NCBI GenBank assembly: GCA_052386995.1
Contig: JBQTJP010000006.1
Location: 1-23,853 of the forward strand
Source: Armatimonadota bacterium
Lineage (GTDB): Bacteria > Sysuimicrobiota > Sysuimicrobiia > Sysuimicrobiales > Humicultoraceae
Direction of reading: 5' to 3'
DNA length: 23,853 nt
Shown: positions 7,497-15,833 of the stretch, piece by piece
Numbering within the stretch: position 1 is the stretch's first letter
Layout of the letters: each line of letters begins with the position of its first letter
Position numbers and translations under genes: made by a program
The notes under the pieces: generated by a model
Seen by the model: only the letters and a program-made list of their open reading frames with translations
Databases searched by the model: none
What the model was told of the DNA's origin: nothing

Positions 7497-9464
7497 CTAT
7501 CGAAGGCCCGCGAGCGACAGCACCGCGGCATCACCAAGGCCCCGGGCAATGCCCAGCCCGAGCGCGTCCCGAGTCCAGGCACGCAGCAGACTGAACCCCA
7601 GGCCGGTCACCAAATGCCAATACACGATCTCCTGCGGTAGACCCCAATGGATCAGAATGCCGAGAACCGTCGAGACGACGGTACCGAGCACCCATCCGCC
7701 GATTTGCGCGGCCGCGCCGAAGACCGCGCCGCGCAGCCAGGCTTCGAGTGCGATACCACCTGCGACAATCAGGCCGCTGCCCACCGCCCAGCCGCCTGCG
7801 GGAGTGTTGATAGGCATCTGAAATCCATACTGAGCGTAGGCAATGCGCATGACGCTGATGAGAAGCGCCGTCAGCGCCAGCGAGAGTACAGCAGAGATCC
7901 ACACTCCGCGCACATTGAACAGATGTCCCCGGCCAAGTGCGACGACGGTGATGAGCATGAGAAGAATCAGCAGACCGTGACGCTGACCCTCGTCGGGCGC
8001 GGTGAGACGGCCGAGCATCCACACAACGCCCGGAATGAGGATGGCTATTGCGAGACGGGTTGCATGGTTCCAGTGTCGCCTGAAGACATCCAGCGCAAGC
8101 GGCGCGGCGGCGGCCAACCACGCGGCCACCGCGAGCGGGCCCACCAGCCATCCCCAACGCATATACGGGGTCGGGGGGCCACCAGCGGGAAGCGCGGCTG
8201 CCAGGACTCCCCTGCTCCCGATAGGCAGCGAGCCCACCACCGTGCCATCAGGCCTGATAAGCATGGACGTACCGGTGTTGGCCGCACGGATCAGACTCTT
8301 CCCTGTCTCCACGGCCCGCATTACAGCATGTGCCGCGTGCTGCGCCGGTCCCGACGACCGACCGAACCATCCATCATTGGTCAACAACGCGATGAACTCG
8401 GCATCTTTCGCCGCCGATCTGATCATGTACGGATGCGCCGACTCATAGCAGATCGCCAGGCCGATGCGGCCCACCGGCGTCGCTGCCATGGCCGGGTCGC
8501 GCCCCGGGATGATCCCGGCCTCGCCGAACGGCACGAGCTGACGCTTAGCATACCGTCCAATGACCTCGCCTTTCGGATCCAGCACGACGAGACCGTTACG
8601 CGGTCCCGACATCAGCGAGCCTGCCACCACGACCGCGCCCGCGGCACTGTGCGCAATCGCGCCTCGCACGTCCGCCGCCGCCGCGAGATCGGCCGGGACC
8701 GCCGACTCAGGATACACGATGAGCTCGGCGCCGGCCTGACGGGCGTCGGTCGTCAACTGCAGCAGGCCCGAGATGGCCATACCCGCGGTTGCGGGATCGA
8801 CTCTGCCGGTTGGCGGCACGTTGGGCTGCAGCGCCGCGACGATTCGATCGCGGCCGGATATTTCGACGCGACGCGCATTCGCGGCGGCTAGAGCGATGAG
8901 CGCGACGAGAACCGCGGCCCCCGTAGCCAGGGTCAGCCGGCGCCCGGCGATAGTGTGTGCCGCGATGGCGTTCACCAGCACAATCAGCCCCGAGACCCCG
9001 AAGACACCCACGATGCCGGCCAGCGGGAGGACGTGCGGCGTGCGGTACTGCGAGAGTCCCAGCAGAACCCAGGGAAAGCCGATGGGGCCGACCGACCGAA
9101 TGACCTCGATCGCCACCCAGGTCAGCGGCGCCGCCCAGAGCAGCGCGTGCGGCTGTCGCCGCGCGAGCACCCGGACTCCGGCGGCGAACGCCCCCACGTA
9201 GACGGCCGCAATGGCGGTGACGAGCAGCCACGCGGCAGCGGAGAAGATTCGCATCCACGTGAGCGTGCCACCGAACGCTATCAGGCCTGCCAGATAGCCA
9301 AGGCGGAAGGACGCGGCTGGGGTCTGTCCTTCGATCGCAAGGAGCAGCGGGATCAGGGCGATCCACGCAAGCCAGCCGAGGTCTGGGCTCGGGAACGCGA
9401 GCACGAAGAGCAGCCCCGTCACCAGGGCGGCAACTTGTCGTGCGAGGACGGTAGTGCCCTTCAC
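7497..9464 (-). CDS. lnt: Apolipoprotein N-acyltransferase with a C-terminal CPBP-like membrane domain
   Basis: [35 protein letters not shown], catalytic triad YPESA / [11 protein letters not shown] / [26 protein letters not shown] and TPY, plus about 195 extra residues. GTG at 9464 follows GGAGG and overlaps the secA TGA. Confidence 0.93.
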   Translation of the reverse strand: MKGTTVLARQVAALVTGLLFVLAFPSPDLGWLAWIALIPLLLAIEGQTPAASFRLGYLAGLIAFGGTLTWMRIFSAAAWLLVTAIAAVYVGAFAAGVRVLARRQPHALLWAAPLTWVAIEVIRSVGPIGFPWVLLGLSQYRTPHVLPLAGIVGVFGVSGLIVLVNAIAAHTIAGRRLTLATGAAVLVALIALAAANARRVEISGRDRIVAALQPNVPPTGRVDPATAGMAISGLLQLTTDARQAGAELIVYPESAVPADLAAAADVRGAIAHSAAGAVVVAGSLMSGPRNGLVVLDPKGEVIGRYAKRQLVPFGEAGIIPGRDPAMAATPVGRIGLAICYESAHPYMIRSAAKDAEFIALLTNDGWFGRSSGPAQHAAHAVMRAVETGKSLIRAANTGTSMLIRPDGTVVGSLPIGSRGVLAAALPAGGPPTPYMRWGWLVGPLAVAAWLAAAAPLALDVFRRHWNHATRLAIAILIPGVVWMLGRLTAPDEGQRHGLLILLMLITVVALGRGHLFNVRGVWISAVLSLALTALLISVMRIAYAQYGFQMPINTPAGGWAVGSGLIVAGGIALEAWLRGAVFGAAAQIGGWVLGTVVSTVLGILIHWGLPQEIVYWHLVTGLGFSLLRAWTRDALGLGIARGLGDAAVLSLAGLR

Positions 9465-12103
9465 GCCTCCCGGCCATGGCATTTCTTGTACTTCTTGCCA
9501 CTGCCGCACCAGCAGGGATCGTTGCGCCCGATCTTGGACGCCCCGCCACCACCTCCCGCGCCGACCGCCGCCGGCTCGCGCGCCGGCGTGGCAACCGGTC
9601 TGGCCACGGGGCGCTGCTCCGGCGCGACCTGCACGCGGAAGAGAATCCGAACGCTGTCTTCTTGAATCGCCTGCAGCGTTGCCTGGAACATATCGTACCC
9701 TTCGCGCTGATACTCGACCAGCGGGCTCACCTGCGCGTAGGCTCGCAATCCGATGCCCTCACGGAGCGCGTCCATGTTGTGCAGATGGTCGATCCACTTC
9801 CGATCGATCGTCTGCAGGAGCACGAGCCGTTCGATCTCCCGGAGGGTGTCCGCGCCGGTCTCCGCCTCTTTCCGCTCGTACGCCGCAAGTGCGGCACTGA
9901 CCACGCGCTCGGTGACCTCGTCCGCCGGCAGTCCCCGCAGCGATGCGGGCGCGATGTCCCCCAGGGCGGGCGCAATCTGCGCCAGTTCCCCGATGAGCCC
10001 TTCAAGATCCCATTCCTCTGGATGGACATCTCTGACACAGACCGCTTCCACCTGCGCGGCGACCAGACGCTCGATGATATCCAGCACGTTGTCCCGTACG
10101 TTCTGGCCTTCGAGCACCTTGTGGCGTTCCGCGTAGATCACCTTCCGCTGCACGTTCATGACGTCGTCGTATTCCAGGACGTGCTTGCGGACATCGAAGT
10201 GATACTGCTCGACCTTCTTCTGCGCGCCTTCGATCTGCCGGCTGACGATCTTGTGCTCGATGGGAGTGTCCTCATCGAGGCCCAGGCGATCCATCAGCCC
10301 GGCGATCCGCTCGCCGGCAAAGATCCGCATCAATTCATCGTCGAGACCGATGTAAAATCGGCTCGAGCCCTGGTCACCCTGCCGGCCCGAACGACCGCGG
10401 AGCTGATTGTCGATCCGCCGGGCCTCGTGGCGCTCGGTGCCGATCACGTGCAGCCCGCCGACGGCCCGCACCTTCTCCGCCTCGGCGGGATCGGGCGGAT
10501 TGCCGCCCAGGATGATATCCACGCCGCGCCCGGCCATGTTCGTCGCGATGGTCACAGCGCCGACGCGACCGGCCTGGGAGATGATCTCGGCCTCACGCTC
10601 GTGCTGCTTGGCGTTCAGCACTTCGTGACGAATGCCCCGCCGGCGCAGCAATTCGGAGACGTGCTCGTTCTTCTCGATCGATCGCGTGCCCACCAGCACC
10701 GGCCGGCCCTGCTTGTGCCACTCGACGATCTCCTCAACGACCGCTTTCCACTTGCCGCGCTCGGTCTTGTAGATCAGGTCGGCGTGGTCCGCGCGGATCA
10801 TCGGCCGGTGGGTCGGGATGATCGCGACCGACAGGTTGTAGATCTTGGAGAGCTCCTCTTCCTCGGTCTTGGCCGTGCCGGTCATGCCCGCCAGCTTTTC
10901 GTACATCCGGAAGTAGTTCTGAAACGTGATCGTGGCCAGGGTCTGACTCTCGCGCTCCACCTTGACGCCTTCCCGAGCCTCGATGGCCTGGTGGAGGCCG
11001 TCGGAGTATCGCCGGCCGAACATCAGCCGCCCGGTGAACTCGTCGACGATGATCACCTGACCGTCTTTGACCACGTAGTCGACGTCGCGTTTGTACACCG
11101 CGTGCGCCCGCAGAGCCTGATGCAGATGGTGCATCAAGTCGCCGTGCTCGGGATCCGAGAGGTCGTCGATGCCAAGCAGCCGTTCGACGTGCGTCACGCC
11201 CTCATCGGTCAAGATGGCATTCTTGATCTTCTCGTCCACCGTATAGTCGGTGTCGCGCTGCAGGCGCGGGATCACACGGGCGAAGCGTTCATACCGCTCG
11301 ACGCCGCCTTCGACCATCCCGGAGATAATCAGCGGGGTGCGGGCCTCGTCAATGAGGATGAAGTCCACTTCGTCGACGATGGCGTAGAAGAGCTCGCGCT
11401 GAACCAGCTCGTCCAGGCGCAGCATCATGTTGTCGCGCAGATAGTCGAAGCCGAACTCGTTGTTCGTCCCGTACGTGATGTCGGCGGCGTAGGCCTCCCG
11501 GCGGCTGATCGGCCGGAAATGGTTGAGGCGGTCGTCGTGGTGCGGTTTGGGATCGGTGAAGCCCGGATCGTACAAACCCGAGAACTCGTGGCCGATTGCC
11601 GAGACCGAGAAGCCGAGCGCGTGGTAGATCGGTCCCATCCATCCGGCATCACGCCGGCTCAGGTAATCGTTGACCGTTACCAGATGCACCCCGCGCCCGG
11701 ATAGGGCGTTGAGCGCGATCGGCAACGTGGCGACGAGGGTCTTGCCTTCGCCGGTCTTCATCTCGGCGATCTTGCCGCGGTGCAGAAGGGCGCCGCCGAT
11801 CAGCTGGACGTCGAAGTGCCGCAGCGCGATGGTGCGCCGGCTCGCCTCGCGCACCGCGGCGAACACCTGTGGCAGGAGCTCTTCGAGCACGTCGCCCAGC
11901 GCTGCCTTGCGCTCGTCGCCTGCAAGCCCCTCGATGGCTGTGGCCACCTGGGCACGCCATTCCCCGGCCCGGTCCCGCAGTTCGTCATCGGAGAGGCCCT
12001 GCATCTCGGGTTCGAGCGCGTTGATCTCATCGACGACCGGCCGGAGCGACGCAGCGTCCCGCTCGCTTGCATCCCCCAGCAGCCGGCCTAACAAACCCCG
12101 CAT
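9461..12103 (-). CDS. secA: Preprotein translocase ATPase SecA
   Basis: [43 protein letters not shown] and a C-terminal SEC-C motif [28 protein letters not shown] upstream. Confidence 0.99.
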   Translation of the reverse strand: MRGLLGRLLGDASERDAASLRPVVDEINALEPEMQGLSDDELRDRAGEWRAQVATAIEGLAGDERKAALGDVLEELLPQVFAAVREASRRTIALRHFDVQLIGGALLHRGKIAEMKTGEGKTLVATLPIALNALSGRGVHLVTVNDYLSRRDAGWMGPIYHALGFSVSAIGHEFSGLYDPGFTDPKPHHDDRLNHFRPISRREAYAADITYGTNNEFGFDYLRDNMMLRLDELVQRELFYAIVDEVDFILIDEARTPLIISGMVEGGVERYERFARVIPRLQRDTDYTVDEKIKNAILTDEGVTHVERLLGIDDLSDPEHGDLMHHLHQALRAHAVYKRDVDYVVKDGQVIIVDEFTGRLMFGRRYSDGLHQAIEAREGVKVERESQTLATITFQNYFRMYEKLAGMTGTAKTEEEELSKIYNLSVAIIPTHRPMIRADHADLIYKTERGKWKAVVEEIVEWHKQGRPVLVGTRSIEKNEHVSELLRRRGIRHEVLNAKQHEREAEIISQAGRVGAVTIATNMAGRGVDIILGGNPPDPAEAEKVRAVGGLHVIGTERHEARRIDNQLRGRSGRQGDQGSSRFYIGLDDELMRIFAGERIAGLMDRLGLDEDTPIEHKIVSRQIEGAQKKVEQYHFDVRKHVLEYDDVMNVQRKVIYAERHKVLEGQNVRDNVLDIIERLVAAQVEAVCVRDVHPEEWDLEGLIGELAQIAPALGDIAPASLRGLPADEVTERVVSAALAAYERKEAETGADTLREIERLVLLQTIDRKWIDHLHNMDALREGIGLRAYAQVSPLVEYQREGYDMFQATLQAIQEDSVRILFRVQVAPEQRPVARPVATPAREPAAVGAGGGGGASKIGRNDPCWCGSGKKYKKCHGREA

Positions 12104-12117
12104 ACAGTCACCTCAAC

Positions 12118-12151
12118 GACCGAGACGTTATCTCGGCCAACGTCCATTATA
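12118..12151 (-). promoter_or_regulatory. Putative secA promoter (-10 TATAAT) and 5'-UTR hairpin
   Basis: TATAAT at 12151-12146. Hairpin GGCCGAGA-TAACG-TCTCGGTC lies just before the SD. No consensus -35. Confidence 0.55.
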
Positions 12152-12184
12152 GAGGATGTTGCTGTCCACGCGTTGGCGGCCCGT

Positions 12185-12589
12185 TCAGTTTGCGGGAAGC
12201 AAACGGATCATCCCCTCGCGGGCGACGATACCGAAATGCCGGGCATCCGTGGTCAGGACCGCTCCACCGTTTCGCTCGGCACAGGCGATCACGGCGGCGT
12301 CCGTCAGGCCTAGCGGAAGGTCCTTGTACCGGGTGATGAGCTCCTGAACGCGTTCAAAATCGCCCTCACCACAATCCAACGAGAAATCACCCGACGCCAG
12401 ATCACGCAAGAATCCGATCGTCGCATCAAACCCCAGCCTGGTTTCGAGCAGATAACCAAGTTCTCCAAGGGTCGCGGCGGGAATAACATACGGACCGCGG
12501 TCGGACTCCAGTACCTGAGCGGCACGCTGGTGGTGGGCATCACGGCGATCGGAAAGAGCGTACACCCCCGATGTATCCAGGGTAATCAC
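12185..12589 (-). CDS. vapC: VapC PIN-domain toxin (VapC26-like)
   Basis: GTG at 12589 overlaps the antitoxin stop. PIN acidic residues in ITLDTS, LGELGYLL, LTDAAV and LTTDARHF. Confidence 0.93.
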   Translation of the reverse strand: MITLDTSGVYALSDRRDAHHQRAAQVLESDRGPYVIPAATLGELGYLLETRLGFDATIGFLRDLASGDFSLDCGEGDFERVQELITRYKDLPLGLTDAAVIACAERNGGAVLTTDARHFGIVAREGMIRLLPAN

Positions 12590-12834
12590 ACCTTCCCACG
12601 TTCCTCGTCGAGGTACCTGTCCCACTCACCCCTCAACCACTGCTTGATCTCGCTCGAGGGGATCTTCCCATCGGCACCGATGCCGATTGAGCGGGGGCGG
12701 GGACGATCCAGACCGGTCAAGTACCGCTCTAAGGCCTCACGGACCAGCTCGGCTTGAGATCGTCCGAGTCGTCTGGAGGCGCTCCTTAGCCCGCGCTGGA
12801 GCTCTTTTGGAATATAGAGCGTTGTCTTCTCCAT
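12586..12834 (-). CDS. vapB: Ribbon-helix-helix (CopG-like) antitoxin (VapB26-like)
   Basis: MEKTTLYIPKELQRGLRSASRRLGRSQAELVREAL fits the RHH pattern. 82 aa, directly upstream of and overlapping the PIN gene. Confidence 0.92.
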   Translation of the reverse strand: MEKTTLYIPKELQRGLRSASRRLGRSQAELVREALERYLTGLDRPRPRSIGIGADGKIPSSEIKQWLRGEWDRYLDEERGKV

Positions 12835-12840
12835 GTCTCG

Positions 12841-12869
12841 ACTATGCCATATATGGTATATGGCGTCAA
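12841..12869 (-). promoter_or_regulatory. vapBC promoter with palindromic operator
   Basis: TTGACG-17 nt-CATAGT, 6 nt before the ATG. Inverted repeat GCCATATA-N3-TATATGGC (12846-12864) fills the spacer. Confidence 0.8.
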
Positions 12870-12916
12870 GTCTACCAGTACCACCCTTTCAGGCTTACGG
12901 TTCGTTGGGAAGGGCC

Positions 12917-13573
12917 TTACCGGCTCTGGCTCAGCCAGGAGATGGGCCGGTTGATGGCCGCGAGCGCGGCCCGGACAACGGCTTCCCTGGGATCGTCACC
13001 GAGGATCGACGAGCCGGAAAGGGTTTCCTGCTCGCTCCCCGTGAGTGTGACCGTGACGACGGCGACTTCATGGTCACCGACCGTCACGGTTGTGGCGCCC
13101 TCGAAGGCGAGGAGTCCCGGCGCCCGGAGGAACACCTCCACCGCCCGCAGCGTGGCCTGCGCGACCAGCGCCAGGCGGTGACGCGGCACGTTGGGCCCCG
13201 ACGCGATGCCCTCATAGAGCAGCCCGCGGTCCTCCAAATGGACCTTGACCTCCGCGCTGTTGCGGACCACGCTCTGCGAGAGCCCCACGAATTTCAGGCG
13301 GGCTGCCGGAGCCGCCTGGCTGGGCTGATCTTCCGGCCGCATCGCCGCGACCCGCACCTGCCGGGCGTCCAGCGTCACGCCGAGCTCGGCCGCCACCGCC
13401 GACACCACATCAACCGCGATGAGCTTGGGGCTGCGATCGGCCTGACCCAGGACGTGGATGACGTCGATGGTCCCCGACTCCGTGGGCACCACCCGCGCCG
13501 CGACGACTCCCCGCAGTCGGCGCACGATCTCTTCGGCCTGGTCGACCGCTGATTGCCCGCCGTCCCGGCTCAT
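12917..13573 (-). CDS. Conserved hypothetical two-domain protein; C-terminal part resembles the LeuA regulatory fold
   Basis: GGGGGGA RBS. N-domain IHVLGQADRSPKLIAVDVVSAV..ELGV; C-domain with a repeated beta-beta-alpha pattern ending DPREAVVRAALAAINR. Confidence 0.75.
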   Translation of the reverse strand: MSRDGGQSAVDQAEEIVRRLRGVVAARVVPTESGTIDVIHVLGQADRSPKLIAVDVVSAVAAELGVTLDARQVRVAAMRPEDQPSQAAPAARLKFVGLSQSVVRNSAEVKVHLEDRGLLYEGIASGPNVPRHRLALVAQATLRAVEVFLRAPGLLAFEGATTVTVGDHEVAVVTVTLTGSEQETLSGSSILGDDPREAVVRAALAAINRPISWLSQSR

Positions 13574-13603
13574 GATGCTGTCCCCCCGCGCTTCCGCGCG
13601 TTC

Positions 13604-14206
13604 CTAGCCCTCTGGTTCGATCAGACCGAACTCGCCGTCCCGCCGCCTATACAGAACGTTCACTTCCTGGGTCGCCGCGTTGCGAAACACGTAGAAGGCG
13701 TGCCCCAGCAGCTCGATCTGCATCACAGCCTCGTCCGGGGTCATCGGCTTCATCGCAAACCGCTTCATCCGCACGATGCCCGGCCCGTCGGGGCCCGTTG
13801 TCGATGTCGCGCCGGCGAGCAGCGCCGCTTCCGCCGACCGGCGGGTGCGGCGCCGGCGCCGGGATTCATCGAGCCGACGCTTCTCGATGATCCTCGAACG
13901 GTACTTCCGGATCTGGCGATCGAGTTTATCCACCGCGCCGTCTATCGACGCGTACATGTCATCGGAGGACTGCTCGGCGCGGAGCACCAGTCCGTCGCAC
14001 CAGACGGTGACCTCCGCCACCTGCGCGCGCCCGAGCGAACGGCTCCGGGAGACGCTGAAGACGACCTGGGCGTCCTGAATCTGGTCGAAGTGCCGTGGGA
14101 GCCTGGAGAGCTTCCGTGCAACGTGCTGGCGGAGCGCATCGGTGACCGCGATGTGCTTGCCCTGGATGCGGATGGGGATGTCCCCGGCCTGCCGCGTAGT
14201 TCCCAC
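13604..14206 (-). CDS. hpf: Ribosome hibernation promoting factor, long form (HPF/RaiA + S30AE C-domain)
   Basis: IQGKHIAVTDALRQHVARKL, DMYASIDGAVDKLDRQIRKY, KRFAMKPMTPDEAVMQIELLGHAFYVF and YRRRDGEFGLI. GGGAGG RBS before GTG 14206. Confidence 0.96.
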   Translation of the reverse strand: MGTTRQAGDIPIRIQGKHIAVTDALRQHVARKLSRLPRHFDQIQDAQVVFSVSRSRSLGRAQVAEVTVWCDGLVLRAEQSSDDMYASIDGAVDKLDRQIRKYRSRIIEKRRLDESRRRRRTRRSAEAALLAGATSTTGPDGPGIVRMKRFAMKPMTPDEAVMQIELLGHAFYVFRNAATQEVNVLYRRRDGEFGLIEPEG

Positions 14207-14361
14207 CGCGCCCCTCCCGGTGCCGGCCGCGGTCTTCACGGTTGTACTCGGTGATACGGGTTGCTTCTGCGGCGCAGGGAAAGGTCCTCCCTCGACGTCA
14301 GGCCTTCAAAGTACTATTACCCACCTGGCGTGCGGAGGACGTCACGGACAAGCGGCCCGCC

Positions 14362-15426
14362 TCAGGGTCCGTCGAGGCTCTGGACGACGAACACCTCTTT
14401 GAATGTGCGGATCGCATATCGGTCGGTCATTCCGGCCAGGAAATCGCAGACGGCCCGCGCAGGAGGTTCGCTCGCGGGGACGGGACGCGTCTCGGGTGGC
14501 AGGCCTTCGGGGTGAGTCATGAAATGATCGAACAGCAGCGTGAGCATGCGCGCGGCGCGCGCGGCCTCGACGGCCGCGTGGGGGCCCAGGTACACGCGCG
14601 CGGTCAGGAAGTCCTTGAGCGCGTTGAGGGCTTCACGGATCTCATCCGACATGCCGATCACCGTCTGATTGCGGCCGGTGCCGACGATGTCGCGCACGAT
14701 GGCTTCCAGCCAGTGGCCGCGCGTGGGCCCCAGCACGGCCGTGACAGCGCGGGGCACGCTCTCCTCCGCGATGAGGCCGGCGCGGACGGCGTCATCGGTG
14801 TCGTGGTGAACATAGGCCACGCGGTCGGCCAGCCGGACCACCTGACCTTCGAGCGTCGACGGCAGCGGTGCTCCATCGGCTTCCGCCACGAGATCACGCA
14901 GCCCCTTCGAGTGGCCGCCGATCCCGTCCCGGACCTCCCACGTGAGGTTGAGGCCGGTCATCGTGGTGCCGTCGGCCCGCCGGCGCTCCTCGAGCCGTTC
15001 GACGACGCGGAGGCTCTGCATATCGTGCCTGAAGCCGCCCCACGGTGCCATCGCGGCATCCAGCGCGGCCTCACCCGCGTGCCCGAACGGGGGGTGTCCG
15101 AGATCATGGGCCAGCGCGATCGCCTCTGTCAGGTCTTCGTTGAGCCGCAGCGCTCGCGCGATCGTGCGCGCGACCTGTGCGACCTCAAGGGTATGGGTAA
15201 GCCGGGTCCGGTAGTGATCGCCCTCGGGCGCCAGAAAGACCTGCGTCTTGTGCATCAGGCGCCGGAACGCCTTGGCGTGAATAATGCGATCGCGGTCGCG
15301 CTGAAAAGCGGTCCGCAGGTCGTCGTCGGGTTCCGGGTCGACCCGACCGCGGCTGGATGCCGCGCGCGCAGCATGAGGGTGCAGTGACGCCGATTCCCAC
15401 TGCTCAGTCGCCTCGCGCGGGCGCAC
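14362..15426 (-). CDS. dgt: Deoxyguanosinetriphosphate triphosphohydrolase-like HD-domain protein
   Basis: RTAFQRDRDRIIH, FRRLMHKTQVF, RTRLTHTLEV, HDLGHPPFGHAGE, ADRVAYVHHDTDDA and DFLAGMTDRYA. Confidence 0.95.
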   Translation of the reverse strand: MRPREATEQWESASLHPHAARAASSRGRVDPEPDDDLRTAFQRDRDRIIHAKAFRRLMHKTQVFLAPEGDHYRTRLTHTLEVAQVARTIARALRLNEDLTEAIALAHDLGHPPFGHAGEAALDAAMAPWGGFRHDMQSLRVVERLEERRRADGTTMTGLNLTWEVRDGIGGHSKGLRDLVAEADGAPLPSTLEGQVVRLADRVAYVHHDTDDAVRAGLIAEESVPRAVTAVLGPTRGHWLEAIVRDIVGTGRNQTVIGMSDEIREALNALKDFLTARVYLGPHAAVEAARAARMLTLLFDHFMTHPEGLPPETRPVPASEPPARAVCDFLAGMTDRYAIRTFKEVFVVQSLDGP

Positions 15427-15431
15427 GGTGG

Positions 15432-15833
15432 TTACTCCGAGCGTGCGTGCCGAGAACGAAGCACGCCGTACACAACCGCATCGTGCGGCGCGCCGTGCAT
15501 GTAGAGGCGATCGTGTGCCACCCCCTCGCGGATGGCACCGACTTTCTCGGCAACGCGGTGACTCGCCGTGTTCCCGAGGGCAACGACGATCTCGAGACGT
15601 ACGAGGTTGGTCTCACGAAACGCGAACTCGGTGAGCCTTCGCACAGCGCCTGTGGCGACACCCTCTCCCGTGTACTCGGCCGCCCGGTCCCACGCAGCGC
15701 TGCAGTACTCGATCCAGGCGCGGCTATCGTCGAGCGAGTACCCGGGGTGGCACCAGTCCATCCATGGGAACATCTGTCCGGTCGATTCCGCTATGGCCTC
15801 CCAAAGCTGTTCTGCGTCGCCCAACCTACACAT
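15432..15833 (-). pseudogene. RimJ/RimL-type GNAT acetyltransferase with an apparent in-frame internal deletion
   Basis: Has the N-part (DAEQLWEAIAES..FPWMDW) and the C-part (TGEGVATGAV..LVRLEIVVALGNTASHRVAEKVG..EG), but lacks the intervening beta strands including the GYW motif. Confidence 0.7.

Noticed and set aside
11500..11600. SecA insertion [23 protein letters not shown]
   Set aside because: It lies in a variable loop of the first nucleotide-binding domain where insertions are common, and nothing indicates a new function or an intein.
9476..11704. 742-aa plus-strand ORF, and similar long plus-strand ORFs (1101-2048, 7647-8891, 16765-18054, 20575-21963, 22016-23752)
   Set aside because: Antisense shadows of well-supported minus-strand genes. 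They are expected in GC-rich DNA with biased codon use and show no recognisable motifs.
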